A stretch of 64,000 nucleotides of DNA from Candidatus Entotheonellaceae bacterium (GCA_965238075.1 OZ250173.1:448001-512000); one strand, 5' to 3'. Positions 17,562 through 28,525 are shown, counted from the stretch's first letter. The notes: generated from the sequence alone by a model not told the origin. Translations and numbers: made by a program.

Positions 17562-18899
17562 ATGCTAGCAGAGCAGCACTATCGTCATGCCCTCCTCGCC
17601 CAGCCCTTTTGGGCTCGTCTCTCCCCCGCCGAAGTCAAACAGCGCGTTCAGGATATACTGGCAATTCCCGACACCGCCACAGCGGTTCAGGCCTTGCCAC
17701 CCGTCGAGTACGCGGTGCTGTTGAAGGAAGCACCGGAATCGCGCGCTGCGTTGCTTTCAGTGGCTCACCCGGAGCAGAATCGCATGGTGTTTGATCTCGA
17801 CTGCTGGAACAAGCAAAACCTGCGCGGCACCCGAGTGTTGGAATGGCTTGATGATTTGCGCGAAAGTGGTCTGGAATCGTTTCTGGACACGTTAACGGTC
17901 CTGGACAATGAGTTGTTGTTCGCCGCTTTCAGCCAGCACGTTCAGGTGCACGCCACCTTGCCGATCGAAGAGGAAGAGGATCCCAGACCTTACCACGAAA
18001 TCCTGTCAAACGAACTGTATCGCCTGGAGTTCATTGATCCCGACAGCCCGTGGAACGAACGCATCCAACGGCTACTGGCTTTTCTACGCCAAGCCGACCT
18101 CGATACCTATCACAGCCTTATGCAGGGCGTCATGTGGGGTCTCCAAGATGAGTTGGAGGAATGGGCCTATCGCTGGAAAAGCGGCCGGCTTCAGGACGAG
18201 GGCTTTCCGGAATATTACGAGGCGTTGGAAGCATATCGCATCGTCGACAACGTCCCTCACCTTGCGCCGGCGCATGTTGAGGCACCGGGGCTGCCGGCAA
18301 ACGCCGAAGAGTCGGGAATCGTCCCCAGTTATGCCTGGAGCATGACGCCAACCGGCTCCTTGCTGGCCCGAGCCCTGACGGGGCAATTCTCCATCAACAC
18401 GCTGGACCGTTTGTTCTGGGAAATGGTGGGCCTATGCAATCGCGAACTTGTCATTGATCAGGTTGATTTCGCCGATGCAGCGGCCGTCAAGGCCAGTTTG
18501 CGGCGCGTCCATGCTTACGTGAATCTTGGACTTGACTACCTGTGCGGCCTCCATTCGCAGGCCCCAGATTCCTTGCTGGGTGAGCATCCGCTGCACGACA
18601 TCTGTCAGACCGGGATTACCCTCATCGTTGGCTTGCGGCAGCGCGCCAATCGCATACAGACCCACCTGAGCCGGACGCCGGGCATGCGCAGAGCCTTACC
18701 GGGCTTGGCCCAGCAAGTGTTGGCCGGCCTGTTGCGGCCCCACGCCCAGTTCCTTTCAGAGCTTGCGTCGCCAGCCGGCTCAGGCTACCGCGACTTTCTG
18801 AACCTGCAGGACGTGGCACTCGTTGACGGGTTGCTGCGAGAACTGGAAAACGACCTGTCCTATCGCACGTCTGACACCACAACACCCGGACAGCCCTGA
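17562..18899 (+). CDS. Conserved hypothetical protein (DUF6178-like)
   Basis: DLDCW...EWL, EEWAYRWKSGRLQDEGFPEYYEA and YVNLGL patterns; family name recalled, not searched. Confidence 0.7.
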   Translation: MLAEQHYRHALLAQPFWARLSPAEVKQRVQDILAIPDTATAVQALPPVEYAVLLKEAPESRAALLSVAHPEQNRMVFDLDCWNKQNLRGTRVLEWLDDLRESGLESFLDTLTVLDNELLFAAFSQHVQVHATLPIEEEEDPRPYHEILSNELYRLEFIDPDSPWNERIQRLLAFLRQADLDTYHSLMQGVMWGLQDELEEWAYRWKSGRLQDEGFPEYYEALEAYRIVDNVPHLAPAHVEAPGLPANAEESGIVPSYAWSMTPTGSLLARALTGQFSINTLDRLFWEMVGLCNRELVIDQVDFADAAAVKASLRRVHAYVNLGLDYLCGLHSQAPDSLLGEHPLHDICQTGITLIVGLRQRANRIQTHLSRTPGMRRALPGLAQQVLAGLLRPHAQFLSELASPAGSGYRDFLNLQDVALVDGLLRELENDLSYRTSDTTTPGQP

Positions 18900-18910
18900 A
18901 GCGTGATGGC

Positions 18911-18940
18911 TTGACGGCCCCGAAATCCCTCACGTATCAT
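18911..18940 (+). promoter_or_regulatory. Sigma70-type promoter
   Basis: TTGACG-18 nt-TATCAT upstream of the AAA+ ATPase gene. Confidence 0.45.
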
Positions 18941-19088
18941 GCGCCGCCCTTGGATTTCTGGAAATCCGCTAAACACGCTGCCGGCAGGGCCGCCAACGCC
19001 TGCCATGCGGTCTTATACAACAAGCAACCATCATGACATCCAAAGGTCATCGGCAACGATACTGCCACGTGCACGGAGGGAATCGTTT

Positions 19089-20486
19089 ATGGACCGAGTA
19101 GACACGCTGGGCAAGCTCAAAGAAACAGGCTACAAACCGCTGGGCGTAAAAGCGGAGATGCGTAAGAATCTCGTTCGGAAAATGCTGGACCGCGAGCCGC
19201 TTTTCCCCGGCATCCATGGATTCGAAGATACCGTTATTCCCCAGGTGCAAAATGCCCTCCTGGCCGGCCAGGATATGATCTTTCTCGGCGAACGCGGCCA
19301 AGCGAAGACCCGCCTCATCCGCAGTCTCACCTCCTTGCTCGACCCCTGGGTACCGTGCGTGGAAGGCAGCGAAATCAGCGATGACCCGCTGAACCCCATT
19401 TCCAAATATGCCGTCGAGTTGCTTGCCAAGGAAGGCGACAATACGCCGATCGCCTGGTTGGCCCGCGAGGACCGCTACAGCGAAAAGCTCGCCACGCCGG
19501 ACGTCACGGCGCCCGAGCTGATCGGTGAAGTGGATCCAATCAAGGTGGCAGAGGGACGCTATCTCTCCGACGAACTGGTAATTCACTACGGCCTCGTTCC
19601 GCGCACGAACCGGGGCATCTTCTGCATCAACGAGCTGCCGGACCTGTCGGAGAAATTGCAGGTTGGCTTGTTCAACATCATGCAGGAGCGTGACGTGCAG
19701 ATTCGCGGCTTTCGGGCGCGCCTGCCGCTGAACATCTGTGTTGTCGCTAGTGCCAACCCCGAGGATTACACCAACCGCGGTCGCATCATCACGCCGCTGA
19801 AAGACCGCTATGGCGCCGAAATCCGCACACATTACCCCAAAAATATTTCCATCGAGATCGACATCATGGAGGCAGAGCGCTCACCCTTACTGGACAGCGA
19901 CAGTTTAGAGGTGACGGTGCCGCGTTTTATGAAGGAAATCGTGGCTGAGATAACCAACCTGGCGCGTCAACACGCCGACATCAATCAGCGCTCGGGCGTG
20001 AGTGTGCGCATGTCCATCGCCAACTATGAAAGCCTGGTCAGCAACGCCTTGCGCCGTTCGCTCCTGCTGCGGGAGGACGAAGCCGTGCCCCGCATCAGCG
20101 ATCTGCCGGCTATACTGCCCTCTTCCAATGGCAAAATTGAGTTGGAAACCATCGAGGAAGGCAAGGAGGGTGACGTGGTCGCCGAATTGACCCGCCAGGC
20201 CGTGCGCAAAGTGTTCAATCACAATTTCGACCTCTCGGATCTGGCCGACGTTCTCGAATATTTCGGCCTTGGGCAGAGCCTGGAAGTATCCGACACGATG
20301 CCCACCGGTGCCTACAAGCAAAAAACCAAGGAAGTGGACGGACTGACGAAGCTCATGCAACGCCTCGGCTGTGCCAAGAGCCCGGCTTTGATAGCCTCAG
20401 GGCTTGAATTCATCCTGGAAGGTCTTCATCTCAACAAGAAACTGAATAAGAAAGTCGTCGAGGGCGAAATTTCATATTGGGGCTGA
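19089..20486 (+). CDS. Magnesium-chelatase-like AAA+ ATPase
   Basis: GERGQAKT Walker A variant, RTNRGIFCINELPDL and ASANPEDYTNRGRIITPLKDRYG; GGAGG RBS. Confidence 0.9.
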   Translation: MDRVDTLGKLKETGYKPLGVKAEMRKNLVRKMLDREPLFPGIHGFEDTVIPQVQNALLAGQDMIFLGERGQAKTRLIRSLTSLLDPWVPCVEGSEISDDPLNPISKYAVELLAKEGDNTPIAWLAREDRYSEKLATPDVTAPELIGEVDPIKVAEGRYLSDELVIHYGLVPRTNRGIFCINELPDLSEKLQVGLFNIMQERDVQIRGFRARLPLNICVVASANPEDYTNRGRIITPLKDRYGAEIRTHYPKNISIEIDIMEAERSPLLDSDSLEVTVPRFMKEIVAEITNLARQHADINQRSGVSVRMSIANYESLVSNALRRSLLLREDEAVPRISDLPAILPSSNGKIELETIEEGKEGDVVAELTRQAVRKVFNHNFDLSDLADVLEYFGLGQSLEVSDTMPTGAYKQKTKEVDGLTKLMQRLGCAKSPALIASGLEFILEGLHLNKKLNKKVVEGEISYWG

Positions 20487-20581
20487 GGTTCGGACCACCC
20501 CGCCGTTCGAAGTGTGTCCCAAGAGTCCCCTGTAGGACACTTCCCATATCGCCAAGCGACAAATGGCACGCGGATCGCAGC

Positions 20582-20818
20582 ATGGACGTGGTGCAAGTGT
20601 TAGTGCAAGTACGGCGTCGTGACATCGCCCTTCTATGCAACATTGTGGGGTCTTACGAGGGTCTGGGTATCATACGCACCCTCGATGCTGCCCAAGGTAT
20701 CGTCGAGTTGATGATTGCGCCGGCGTTTTACGACACCGCCTTGGCCCTGCTCCATGACTTGGCGCAGAACGAAATGCCGTTGCACCTTGTCGGACGGCCT
20801 GACCTGGACTTCGGTTGA
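20582..20818 (+). CDS. DUF4911-like small protein
   Basis: RRDIALLCNIVGSYEGLGIIRTLD pattern. Confidence 0.7.
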   Translation: MDVVQVLVQVRRRDIALLCNIVGSYEGLGIIRTLDAAQGIVELMIAPAFYDTALALLHDLAQNEMPLHLVGRPDLDFG

Positions 20819-20843
20819 CTTCCCCGGTAGCGGTTGTTATAAG
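20815..20843 (+). promoter_or_regulatory. Sigma70-type promoter with extended -10
   Basis: TTGACT-17 nt-TATAAG preceded by TGT. Confidence 0.55.
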
Positions 20844-20902
20844 GAAATCCCGGTTTATTCCCGCACTTCAGAATCTCCATCTCACTCGTTCACGAGGCGC
20901 CC

Positions 20903-21883
20903 ATGCAGGAACTGCTGCTTGATATTCGCGGCTTGCGGACCCAGTTTTTCACCGACGACGGCCTTGCCCGGGCCGTCGATGGGGTCAGCTACTCGCTGGA
21001 AAAAGGCGAGACTGTAGGCGTCGTTGGAGAGTCCGGATGTGGGAAAAGCGTGACGGCCCTGTCGATTCTACGCCTCATCCCCGACCCGCCCGGCAAAATC
21101 GTCGATGGTGAAATCATTTTTGAAGGCACGGATCTGTTGCACCTCTCCCCAGCGGACATGCGGCGCATTCGCGGCAACGATATTTCCATGATCTTCCAGG
21201 AACCGATGACCTCCCTGAATCCGGTGTTCACCATCGGTAACCAAATCACCGAAGCCGTTCGGCTGCACCAAGGCTTGAACAAGAGGGATGCCTTGGCCAA
21301 AGCTGTTGAAGCGCTGAAGTTGGTGGGTATTCCGGTGCCGGAACGGCGCGTGCACGAGTACCCGCATCAACTGAGTGGCGGCATGCGACAACGCGCCATG
21401 ATTGCCATGGCCCTGAGTTGCAACCCGAAAGTCCTGATCGCCGACGAGCCAACAACGGCGCTAGACGTCACCATCGAGGCCCAAATTCTCGATTTGATGC
21501 GCACCCTCCAGGACGAATTGGGGACGGCCATCCTCATGATCACCCACGATTTGGGTGTCATTGCCGATATAGCCCGCAAGGTCGTTGTCATGTACGCCGG
21601 CAAGGTTGTGGAACAGGCGCCGGTGGAACGAATCTTTGCCTCACCCAATCATCCCTATACGCAAGGGCTGCTGCGGTCCCTTCCCCGCGTGGACAAAGAT
21701 GCCAGCGGTGCTAAGCAACGCTTGCAAGAAATCCCCGGCATCGTCCCCAGCCTGTTGAACCTGCCTGCGGGCTGCAAATTCGCTTCGCGCTGCCCGAGCG
21801 TGATGCCACAGTGCCACGAACAGGAACCCCCACTGGAGCCGGTGGCTCCCAATCACTATTCGGCGTGTTGGCTTAACCACTAG
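20903..21883 (+). CDS. oppD: Oligopeptide/dipeptide ABC transporter ATP-binding subunit (OppD/DppD)
   Basis: [31 protein letters not shown] and C-terminal GCKFASRC. Confidence 0.93.
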   Translation: MQELLLDIRGLRTQFFTDDGLARAVDGVSYSLEKGETVGVVGESGCGKSVTALSILRLIPDPPGKIVDGEIIFEGTDLLHLSPADMRRIRGNDISMIFQEPMTSLNPVFTIGNQITEAVRLHQGLNKRDALAKAVEALKLVGIPVPERRVHEYPHQLSGGMRQRAMIAMALSCNPKVLIADEPTTALDVTIEAQILDLMRTLQDELGTAILMITHDLGVIADIARKVVVMYAGKVVEQAPVERIFASPNHPYTQGLLRSLPRVDKDASGAKQRLQEIPGIVPSLLNLPAGCKFASRCPSVMPQCHEQEPPLEPVAPNHYSACWLNH

Positions 21884-21926
21884 GCGCGTCCAGAGGGTGC
21901 CGGCGACCCCTGAGGAGAACCAAGGC

Positions 21927-22904
21927 ATGGCGGCGGAAACGTTGCTTGAGGTCAACAATCTCAAAAAGTATTTTCCGATCAAGGGTGGGGTGTTTTCCCG
22001 GACAATAGGCTATGTCTACGCGGTCGACGACGTTTCCTTCACGGTGGACAAGGGCGAGACGCTGGGATTGGTGGGCGAAAGCGGCTGCGGAAAATCGACC
22101 ACCGGGCGTAGCATTCTGCGCCTGATCGAGCCGACGGACGGCAAGATTTACTTCGAGGGCCAGGACGTAACCGCGCTGGATAAAAACGCCATGCGCAGCC
22201 TGCGGCGGGAAATGCAGATCATCTTTCAGGACCCGTATGCCTCGCTCAACCCGCGTATGACCGTGGGCAGCATTGTTGGCGAGCCGTTGGAGATTCACAA
22301 GATCGCCAGAGGCAGCGAAAAAACCGAACGCGTGGCTTCCTTGCTGCATAAGGTGGGTTTGCGCGCCGAAGATATGCGGAAATACCCTCACGAATTCAGT
22401 GGCGGGCAGCGGCAGCGCATCGGCATCGCCAGGGCGATTGCCTTGAATCCCAAGCTCATCGTCTGCGACGAGCCGGTGTCAGCATTGGACGTATCGATTC
22501 AGGCCCAGGTGATCAACCTCCTGGAAGACCTGCAGGAAGAGTTCGGGCTGTCTTATCTCTTCATTGCCCACAACCTGAACGTAGTTGAGCACATCAGCGA
22601 CCGGGTGGCGGTGATGTACCTGGGTCAGATCGTCGAATTGGCCTCCGATACCGACCTCTACAACGATCCCCAGCACCCCTACACCGAAGCCCTGCTCTCA
22701 GCTGTCCCCATTCCCGATCCTACCGTCACGAAAAAACGCATCATTCTTGAAGGCGATGTACCCAGCCCCATCGATCCACCCAGCGGTTGCCATTTTCACA
22801 CCCGGTGCATGTATAAAGAGAAGATTTGTGAAGAAGAGGCCCCCGAGTTCAAGCATATCGGCGGCGGCCATTGGGTGGCTTGCCACTTCCGTCCTAAAGC
22901 ATGA
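21927..22904 (+). CDS. oppF: Oligopeptide/dipeptide ABC transporter ATP-binding subunit (OppF/DppF)
   Basis: [38 protein letters not shown] and [17 protein letters not shown]. Confidence 0.93.
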   Translation: MAAETLLEVNNLKKYFPIKGGVFSRTIGYVYAVDDVSFTVDKGETLGLVGESGCGKSTTGRSILRLIEPTDGKIYFEGQDVTALDKNAMRSLRREMQIIFQDPYASLNPRMTVGSIVGEPLEIHKIARGSEKTERVASLLHKVGLRAEDMRKYPHEFSGGQRQRIGIARAIALNPKLIVCDEPVSALDVSIQAQVINLLEDLQEEFGLSYLFIAHNLNVVEHISDRVAVMYLGQIVELASDTDLYNDPQHPYTEALLSAVPIPDPTVTKKRIILEGDVPSPIDPPSGCHFHTRCMYKEKICEEEAPEFKHIGGGHWVACHFRPKA

Positions 22905-22979
22905 TCTGATACTGTCGCCGGCTTAATGGCGGACGGCGTCCGAGGTTTCTACTTCGCATTGTCAGACGAGGGTTCCAGG

Positions 22980-23008
22980 TTGACACAGGTACGGCCATTG
23001 TCTATAGT
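22980..23008 (+). promoter_or_regulatory. Sigma70-type promoter of the tRNA pair
   Basis: TTGACA-17 nt-TATAGT, about 60 bp before tRNA-Val. Confidence 0.75.
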
Positions 23009-23066
23009 ACCGCTTCTTGTTGTTTCCCATCAGGAGGGTTTGGCGCAGCGGCTTCATACTCCGGAA

Positions 23067-23139
23067 GGGCGGGTAGCTCAGTTGGGAGAGCATCGGCCTT
23101 ACAAGCCGGAGGTCACAGGTTCAAGCCCTGTTCCGCCCA
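23067..23139 (+). tRNA. tRNA-Val(TAC)
   Basis: Cloverleaf GGGCGGG...TCCGCCC A, anticodon loop CT-TAC-AA, T-loop GGTTCAAG; CCA not encoded. Confidence 0.96.
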
Positions 23140-23149
23140 TCCGATCTTC

Positions 23150-23223
<74 letters not shown>

Positions 23224-23230
23224 TTGATTC

Positions 23231-23263
23231 TTAAAGGGATTGCACAATGTGCAATCCCTTTAA
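23231..23263. terminator. Perfect 16-bp inverted repeat, probable bidirectional terminator
   Basis: TTAAAGGGATTGCACA-A-TGTGCAATCCCTTTAA between tRNA-Asp and the convergent CDS end. Confidence 0.65.
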
Positions 23264-26085
23264 TTTTGCCCGGATACCAGTTCCGGCTCCCCGCACAGCG
23301 ACAGCATCCGTTCCCGTGCGGCAGCGCGAAGCGCAGCGGCAGCGGCCCAGTCAGTTCCCGACGGCGGGATCGGCTCGCCAATCAGAACCCGCAAGGGACC
23401 GCGGCGCGGAAACCATTGGTCGGATCGAAGAACGGACCGGGTGCCCCGAATGCCCACGGGCACGACCGGCACCCCGGCCTGCGCTGCGACCACAAAGGCC
23501 CCCATGCGGAAAGACTGCAGACCCGGCATGCGGGTCAAGGTGCCCTCGGGAAAAAAGACAACGGATCGACCCTCCCGCGCCACTTGCAACAAACGATCGG
23601 TATCTTCGACGCCGCGCTGGGCATCGAAACGCTCCACAAACTCAGCGCCGAGACGCTTAAGCAGCACCCGCGCAAAGAATTGGTCGGCCAGTTCGCGCTT
23701 GACCACGTAGCACGCCTCACCCGGAATGATCGACATCAGAATAAATCCGTCCAGATAGCTGGCGTGATTGGCGACGATCACGAAAGGACCCGTCCCGTCG
23801 AGATGGTCAATGCCCTCTACCCGCAGTGGGAGGCCCAGGAGCCGCCGCATGATGCGGGAAGCGGCTCGCGCCAAGCCATGGCGCCAGGACAGATTGGGCG
23901 TAATGACCAGCAGTTTCCAAACAACGAGCAGGCACAAACCGGCGAGGGTCCAAAAGTATCCGACATACAGAATGTCCCCCGCGCCCCGGGCGAAGCGGCG
24001 TAGCTGAGATAACAGGCCACCCATTGCAAGGCGCGCCAACTGCCACCACACGGTGCGCGGCCGCCTGCCCAGCAAGCCCTTCTCGTAGCGCTCCCGACTG
24101 GCGCCGCGGCGCAGTTTGCCGCTGGAGGTCTTTAGGACGCTGCCGGGCGGGGCCAACACAACGTCATCTGGAGGCGTGCCCAGCAAGTCGGTGACGATGC
24201 CATTGATCCGGCCATGCAATTCCTCGAGCTTGGTGGGTGCCGTTTCCCGCGTTTCCGAAAGTATGACAAGCCTTTCGGTGCCGGTAGCGGGGTCCGGGCT
24301 GCCGAAGACGGCGCTGCACCCACGACGCAGGCCCGGCACCCCGTTCAGGGCTTCCTCCACCTCCTGAGGATAGATGTTGCGCCCGGCACGAATGATCATG
24401 TCCTTGGCGCGGCCCGTTAGATAGACAGTCCCTTGGGCAATGTATGCCATGTCGCCGGAATCCAGCCAGTCTCCGTTAAACAGGCTCTTGGTCGCTTCGG
24501 GGTTGCGGTAATAGCCCTGTGTGGTCGAGGGTCCGCGAAATTCGAGCCGGCCTTCCCGGCGCTCGCCCGCCTCGTAGCCCATGGCGTCGACAATGCGAAT
24601 CTGATAGCCCGGCAACGGCTGGCCGCTGGCAACGACGTGCAGCGCGGCGGGGTCGTCGGCTTCCACCGGCACGGCTTGCCCGTTGCGCATGAGCGCCTCG
24701 CGGTTGATGTGATCCACTTGCGGGATGCTGTCCGTCGGCGAGAAGGCGAGACCAAGGGAGACCTCGGCCAGACCGTACACCGGCTTCATGGCCTGCGGTC
24801 GGAAGCCGTAAGCCGAAAAGCGCTCGCTGAAACGAGTCATGGTGTGAGCGCTGACCGGTTCCGCGCCGTTAAAGGCGTAGCGCCAGGAACTCAGGTCCAG
24901 ACCCTCGAGGTCGGCTTCGGCGATCCGGCCGACGCATAGCTCGTACGCGAAATTGGGCCCCGCCGAAATGGTGCCGCGGTGCCTGTGGATGGCCCACAGC
25001 CAACGCGCCGGGCGTGCCAGAAACGTCAAAGGCGACATCAGGACCAGCCGGCAGGCGAAGTACAGGCTGCCAAGCCATGCACCGATCAGGCCCATGTCGT
25101 GGTAAAGCGGCAACCAGCTCACAAATACATCCGTCGATTGGATGCCCACCACCTGCCCCATGACCCGGATATTGGCCAGCAAATTGTCGTGCGTGAGAAT
25201 CACACCCTTGGGGTTGCCGGTGCTGCCGGAGGTGTATTGGAGGAAGGCGATGTCATGCGGTCGGGCAGGGTAACGGTTCAGACCTTCGCCGCTCTGCGAC
25301 AAAGCCTCGACCGTGGGCACGCTGTGCAGGCTGCCGATTTGCGCGCGTAGCAACCTTGCCAGTGATTGCGCTTCCGGAACCGTAATCAGGGCGACGATGC
25401 CGGCATTGGCGAGAATGCGAATCTGGCGGCGCAGGTGATCTTCGATTTGCGCCAGGCGAGCGGGCGGGTAGATGGGCACCGGAATGCCGCCGGCGAGCAG
25501 AATGCCGAAAAATGCCGCGAAGAATTCCCTGCCCGTCGGCAGCATCAACGCCACGGTTTGTTGCGGCTGCAGGCCGCGTGCTTGCAGACCGGCAGCAACC
25601 GCCTCGGCCGCGCGCTGCAAGTCGCCATAGGTGATTGATTCGGCTTGGTCTGCGTCGCCGATCAACGTGATGTGCGGCCGTTCGGGATGATGCCTGGCGT
25701 GCCATGCCAGAGCGTCGATCAGCGTGCCGGCCGCGCCTGGCGCTTCCCCGATGGCTTGCGGCTCGAGGCCGGACATCGCTGGCGCGTCCTCTGACCGGGC
25801 AGCGGGGCTGGCCCTGCGCAGAGCGTGCAACAGATCGCGCGGGCCTTCGGCATTGGCAACATCCTGTTCCGGCAGATGTACGCCGAACGCCTGCTCCAAG
25901 CGGTGCAGCAGTTCCATGCGTTCCAGGCTGTCGAGGCCGAGGTCGCGGTCCAGAAGGCTGTCGAGCGTAACCGAGGCAGGATTGGAACGGTGCGGGTGTA
26001 ATTCGGACAAGAGTTGCCGGACGACGCCAAGCAGCACCTCGACGGGTTGCTCCGCAACCGGCAATTCCGGCGCGCCGCTGGACAT
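23260..26085 (-). CDS. Tri-domain ACP / fatty acyl-AMP ligase / PlsC-type acyltransferase
   Basis: LGLDSL phosphopantetheine site; LQYTSGSTGNPKG, SWLPLYHDMGLIG, YGLAE and KTSSGK in the ligase; NHASYLD and FFPEGT in the acyltransferase. TAATG overlap with folD. Confidence 0.92.
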   Translation of the reverse strand: MSSGAPELPVAEQPVEVLLGVVRQLLSELHPHRSNPASVTLDSLLDRDLGLDSLERMELLHRLEQAFGVHLPEQDVANAEGPRDLLHALRRASPAARSEDAPAMSGLEPQAIGEAPGAAGTLIDALAWHARHHPERPHITLIGDADQAESITYGDLQRAAEAVAAGLQARGLQPQQTVALMLPTGREFFAAFFGILLAGGIPVPIYPPARLAQIEDHLRRQIRILANAGIVALITVPEAQSLARLLRAQIGSLHSVPTVEALSQSGEGLNRYPARPHDIAFLQYTSGSTGNPKGVILTHDNLLANIRVMGQVVGIQSTDVFVSWLPLYHDMGLIGAWLGSLYFACRLVLMSPLTFLARPARWLWAIHRHRGTISAGPNFAYELCVGRIAEADLEGLDLSSWRYAFNGAEPVSAHTMTRFSERFSAYGFRPQAMKPVYGLAEVSLGLAFSPTDSIPQVDHINREALMRNGQAVPVEADDPAALHVVASGQPLPGYQIRIVDAMGYEAGERREGRLEFRGPSTTQGYYRNPEATKSLFNGDWLDSGDMAYIAQGTVYLTGRAKDMIIRAGRNIYPQEVEEALNGVPGLRRGCSAVFGSPDPATGTERLVILSETRETAPTKLEELHGRINGIVTDLLGTPPDDVVLAPPGSVLKTSSGKLRRGASRERYEKGLLGRRPRTVWWQLARLAMGGLLSQLRRFARGAGDILYVGYFWTLAGLCLLVVWKLLVITPNLSWRHGLARAASRIMRRLLGLPLRVEGIDHLDGTGPFVIVANHASYLDGFILMSIIPGEACYVVKRELADQFFARVLLKRLGAEFVERFDAQRGVEDTDRLLQVAREGRSVVFFPEGTLTRMPGLQSFRMGAFVVAAQAGVPVVPVGIRGTRSVLRSDQWFPRRGPLRVLIGEPIPPSGTDWAAAAALRAAARERMLSLCGEPELVSGQN

Positions 26086-26942
26086 TACGTCGCCCCAACG
26101 AACAGAGCGGCCTCTGCCGCGGTGAGGGTTTGGGCCATCAATGTGGCGATGGTCATCGGACCGACGCCGCCGGGTACAGGGGTGTAGGCAGCGCACCGGT
26201 CGATCACGCCGGCCAATTCGATATCCCCGATTCCGCCTTGGTGGTAGCCGGCATCAACGACAACGGCGCTCTCCGCGATCCAATCGCCCTTGATGAATTG
26301 CGGCTTGCCGACCGCTCCAACCACGAGGTCCGCCTGCCGCACGATGTCGGGCAGGTGCGTTGTGCGCGAGTGGCAGATGGTCACCGTCGCATGGGCATTC
26401 AACAGCATCATGGCCATCGGTTTTCCCAGGATGGGGCTGCGCCCCACCACAACCGCCCGCTTGCCCTCGATCCGGATGCCGTGGTGTTCCAGCAGCCGTA
26501 TGATGCCGGCCGGCGTGGCGGAGCCGTATGCCCGCTCCCCCATTGCCATGCGGCCAAAACCGTGGCAGGTCACGCCGTCGACGTCCTTGTCCGGTCGAAT
26601 GGCGTCGAAGCAGCGCCGCTCGTCGACCTGCGGCGGCACCGGGTGTTGAAGCAGGATGCCGTGGACGTCCGTGTCGTCATTCAGACGACCGATCGCGTCC
26701 AGGAGTTCCTCGGTGCTGGTCTCCTGCGGCAACTCGACGCGCCGCGATTGCATACCAATTCGCCGGCAGGCGTTGCGCTTCATGCGAACGTATACGGCCG
26801 AAGCGGGGTCGTCCCCGACCAGGACGGTAGCGAGCGTGGGCGCCTTGCCGTCGGTCTGCACGAGCAGACCTCGAACCCGCTCGGCCAACCGGGCTTCCAT
26901 CTCTCTCGCAAGCTTCTTGCCATCGAGAATAATACCGGACAT
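26085..26942 (-). CDS. folD: Methylenetetrahydrofolate dehydrogenase/cyclohydrolase
   Basis: [33 protein letters not shown] and [12 protein letters not shown]. Confidence 0.97.
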   Translation of the reverse strand: MSGIILDGKKLAREMEARLAERVRGLLVQTDGKAPTLATVLVGDDPASAVYVRMKRNACRRIGMQSRRVELPQETSTEELLDAIGRLNDDTDVHGILLQHPVPPQVDERRCFDAIRPDKDVDGVTCHGFGRMAMGERAYGSATPAGIIRLLEHHGIRIEGKRAVVVGRSPILGKPMAMMLLNAHATVTICHSRTTHLPDIVRQADLVVGAVGKPQFIKGDWIAESAVVVDAGYHQGGIGDIELAGVIDRCAAYTPVPGGVGPMTIATLMAQTLTAAEAALFVGAT

Positions 26943-27042
26943 CCTGTTGCCTTTGCGTCACCCGTTCGATAGCGCCTCTTCCGTACGCCTCACAGTCCCA
27001 CCGCCCCTGCTGGCAAGAGGGGAGTTATACCCTTCGCCGGGG

Positions 27043-27669
27043 TTAAGACGCAGTGGGCGGGGGGCCATCGTAACTCTCCCAAAGGTACCACGTGGCGATG
27101 GTACGGTAGGGCCCCCACCTGCGGGCGTGTCGGTGCATGGTGGACATGGCGGGCATCCTCTTGTAACCATAGACTCGCTGAATCGCCTTGCGGATGCCGA
27201 GGTCGCCCACAGGAAACACATCCAGGCGGCCCAGGGAAAAGATGAGAAACATTTCCGCCGTCCACACGCCGATGCCCCTGACCTGCGTCAGTTGCCGCGT
27301 CACTTCGTCATCGCTCAACGTGGAGAGCGCCGCGAGTTGCAGGCTGCCGTCGCTGGTCTTGCTCGCCAAATCCTTGAGCGAAGCCTGTTTTTGACGCGAC
27401 AACCCCAGACTGCGCAGGGTTTCATCCGGGGCGGCAAGAATGCCTTCCGGCGTTAGAACGCCGGAGTCGAACAGCGATTCCAGTCGCTCCGTGATGGTAC
27501 TGGCCGCTCGACCGCTCAATTGCTGGGAAATAATCGCCCGGCACAGCGTGACAAACGGGTTGGTGTCGCCTGGTTCCAGGGTGCACGGGCCACAACGCAC
27601 CATCAAGTCTCCCAACACCGGATCGGCGGTACGCAGATGGGCGATGGCGGTTTCGTAGGAAACACTCAT
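27043..27669 (-). CDS. DNA-3-methyladenine glycosylase II (AlkA/HhH-GPD family)
   Basis: IISQQLS, VRGIGVWTAEMFLIF, FPVGDLGIR and PYRTIATWYLW. Confidence 0.93.
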   Translation of the reverse strand: MSVSYETAIAHLRTADPVLGDLMVRCGPCTLEPGDTNPFVTLCRAIISQQLSGRAASTITERLESLFDSGVLTPEGILAAPDETLRSLGLSRQKQASLKDLASKTSDGSLQLAALSTLSDDEVTRQLTQVRGIGVWTAEMFLIFSLGRLDVFPVGDLGIRKAIQRVYGYKRMPAMSTMHRHARRWGPYRTIATWYLWESYDGPPPTAS

Positions 27670-27859
27670 GTCACAGTCTCGCGGGTTGTTTCAGGGTTCG
27701 GGGCAACGCTATAATACCCTCTCCCTGCGTACGCCATGTCATTGCGTGGGTGTCGTCACGGGAGCACGAACGGTGGGCTAGACTCTTCCGGTACGTAGCG
27801 GAAGGGAACCATTCCGGGGCCTTGAAGTTGCAATCCACAACATGATGAGGAGGGGAGAC

Positions 27860-28462
27860 GTGTTTGTCAAACGGTGTGCTTCGTTCGCCTTAACCGTTCT
27901 TTTGACAATGGGTTTTGCGGGCAGTGTTTGGAGTGCGGATACGTACGTGGTGGATGGCGCCCATGCCTACGTCGGCTTTACCATCAGCCATTTGCTCATC
28001 AACCGGGTCAGGGGCACGTTCAACGACTTCACCGGTACGATCGTTTACGATGCGGACGACATCACGAAGTCCTCGATGAGCGGCACCATCAACGCCGCCA
28101 GCATCGATACGGCGCATCAAAAACGCGACAAGGATTTACGGAGCGACAGCTTCTTCGACGTGGATAAGTACCCGCAAATTACGTTCGCGACCACTCGCGT
28201 GGAAGCGGGCAGTGATTCCCCGATCCTGCACGGTGTCGTGACCATGCACGGCGTTTCCAAAGAGGTGACGATCCCGTTTCGCATTACCGGCATCGTCGAG
28301 TTTGCCGGGAAAATACGCCTAGGGTTCGAGGCGCGGCTAGAGCTGAATCGGCAGGATTATGGTCTTTCCTACTCCAGGCTGATGGATACCGGCGGGTTGG
28401 TCGTCGGCAACGACGTGTCGATTGAACTAACGGGGGAAGCGATCAAGACGACCGAGAATTGA
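27860..28462 (+). CDS. YceI family lipid/polyisoprenoid-binding protein with signal peptide
   Basis: DGAHAYVGF, SIDT...RDKDLRS..FFDV..YP.ITF and NRQDYG; GAGGAGG RBS before GTG. Confidence 0.92.
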   Translation: MFVKRCASFALTVLLTMGFAGSVWSADTYVVDGAHAYVGFTISHLLINRVRGTFNDFTGTIVYDADDITKSSMSGTINAASIDTAHQKRDKDLRSDSFFDVDKYPQITFATTRVEAGSDSPILHGVVTMHGVSKEVTIPFRITGIVEFAGKIRLGFEARLELNRQDYGLSYSRLMDTGGLVVGNDVSIELTGEAIKTTEN

Positions 28463-28485
28463 AAGCCCCAATCCGTGCACCGCAT

Positions 28486-28525
28486 AGCCGAGGTGACAAC
28501 AGATGGTTGTCGCCTCGGCTTTTTT
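28486..28525 (+). terminator. Rho-independent terminator
   Basis: AGCCGAGGTGACAAC / GTTGTCGCCTCGGCT stem followed by TTTTT. Confidence 0.75.

Noticed and set aside
4071..22904. ABC ATPase genes without permeases or binding proteins (4071-5210; 20903-22904)
   Set aside because: Shared or unlinked ATPase subunits are common; not unusual without whole-genome context.
26943..27042. Possible ZMP/ZTP or THF riboswitch upstream of folD
   Set aside because: The roughly 100-bp region lacks the conserved GACTGGCG and GCCTGGGC elements; no convincing aptamer.
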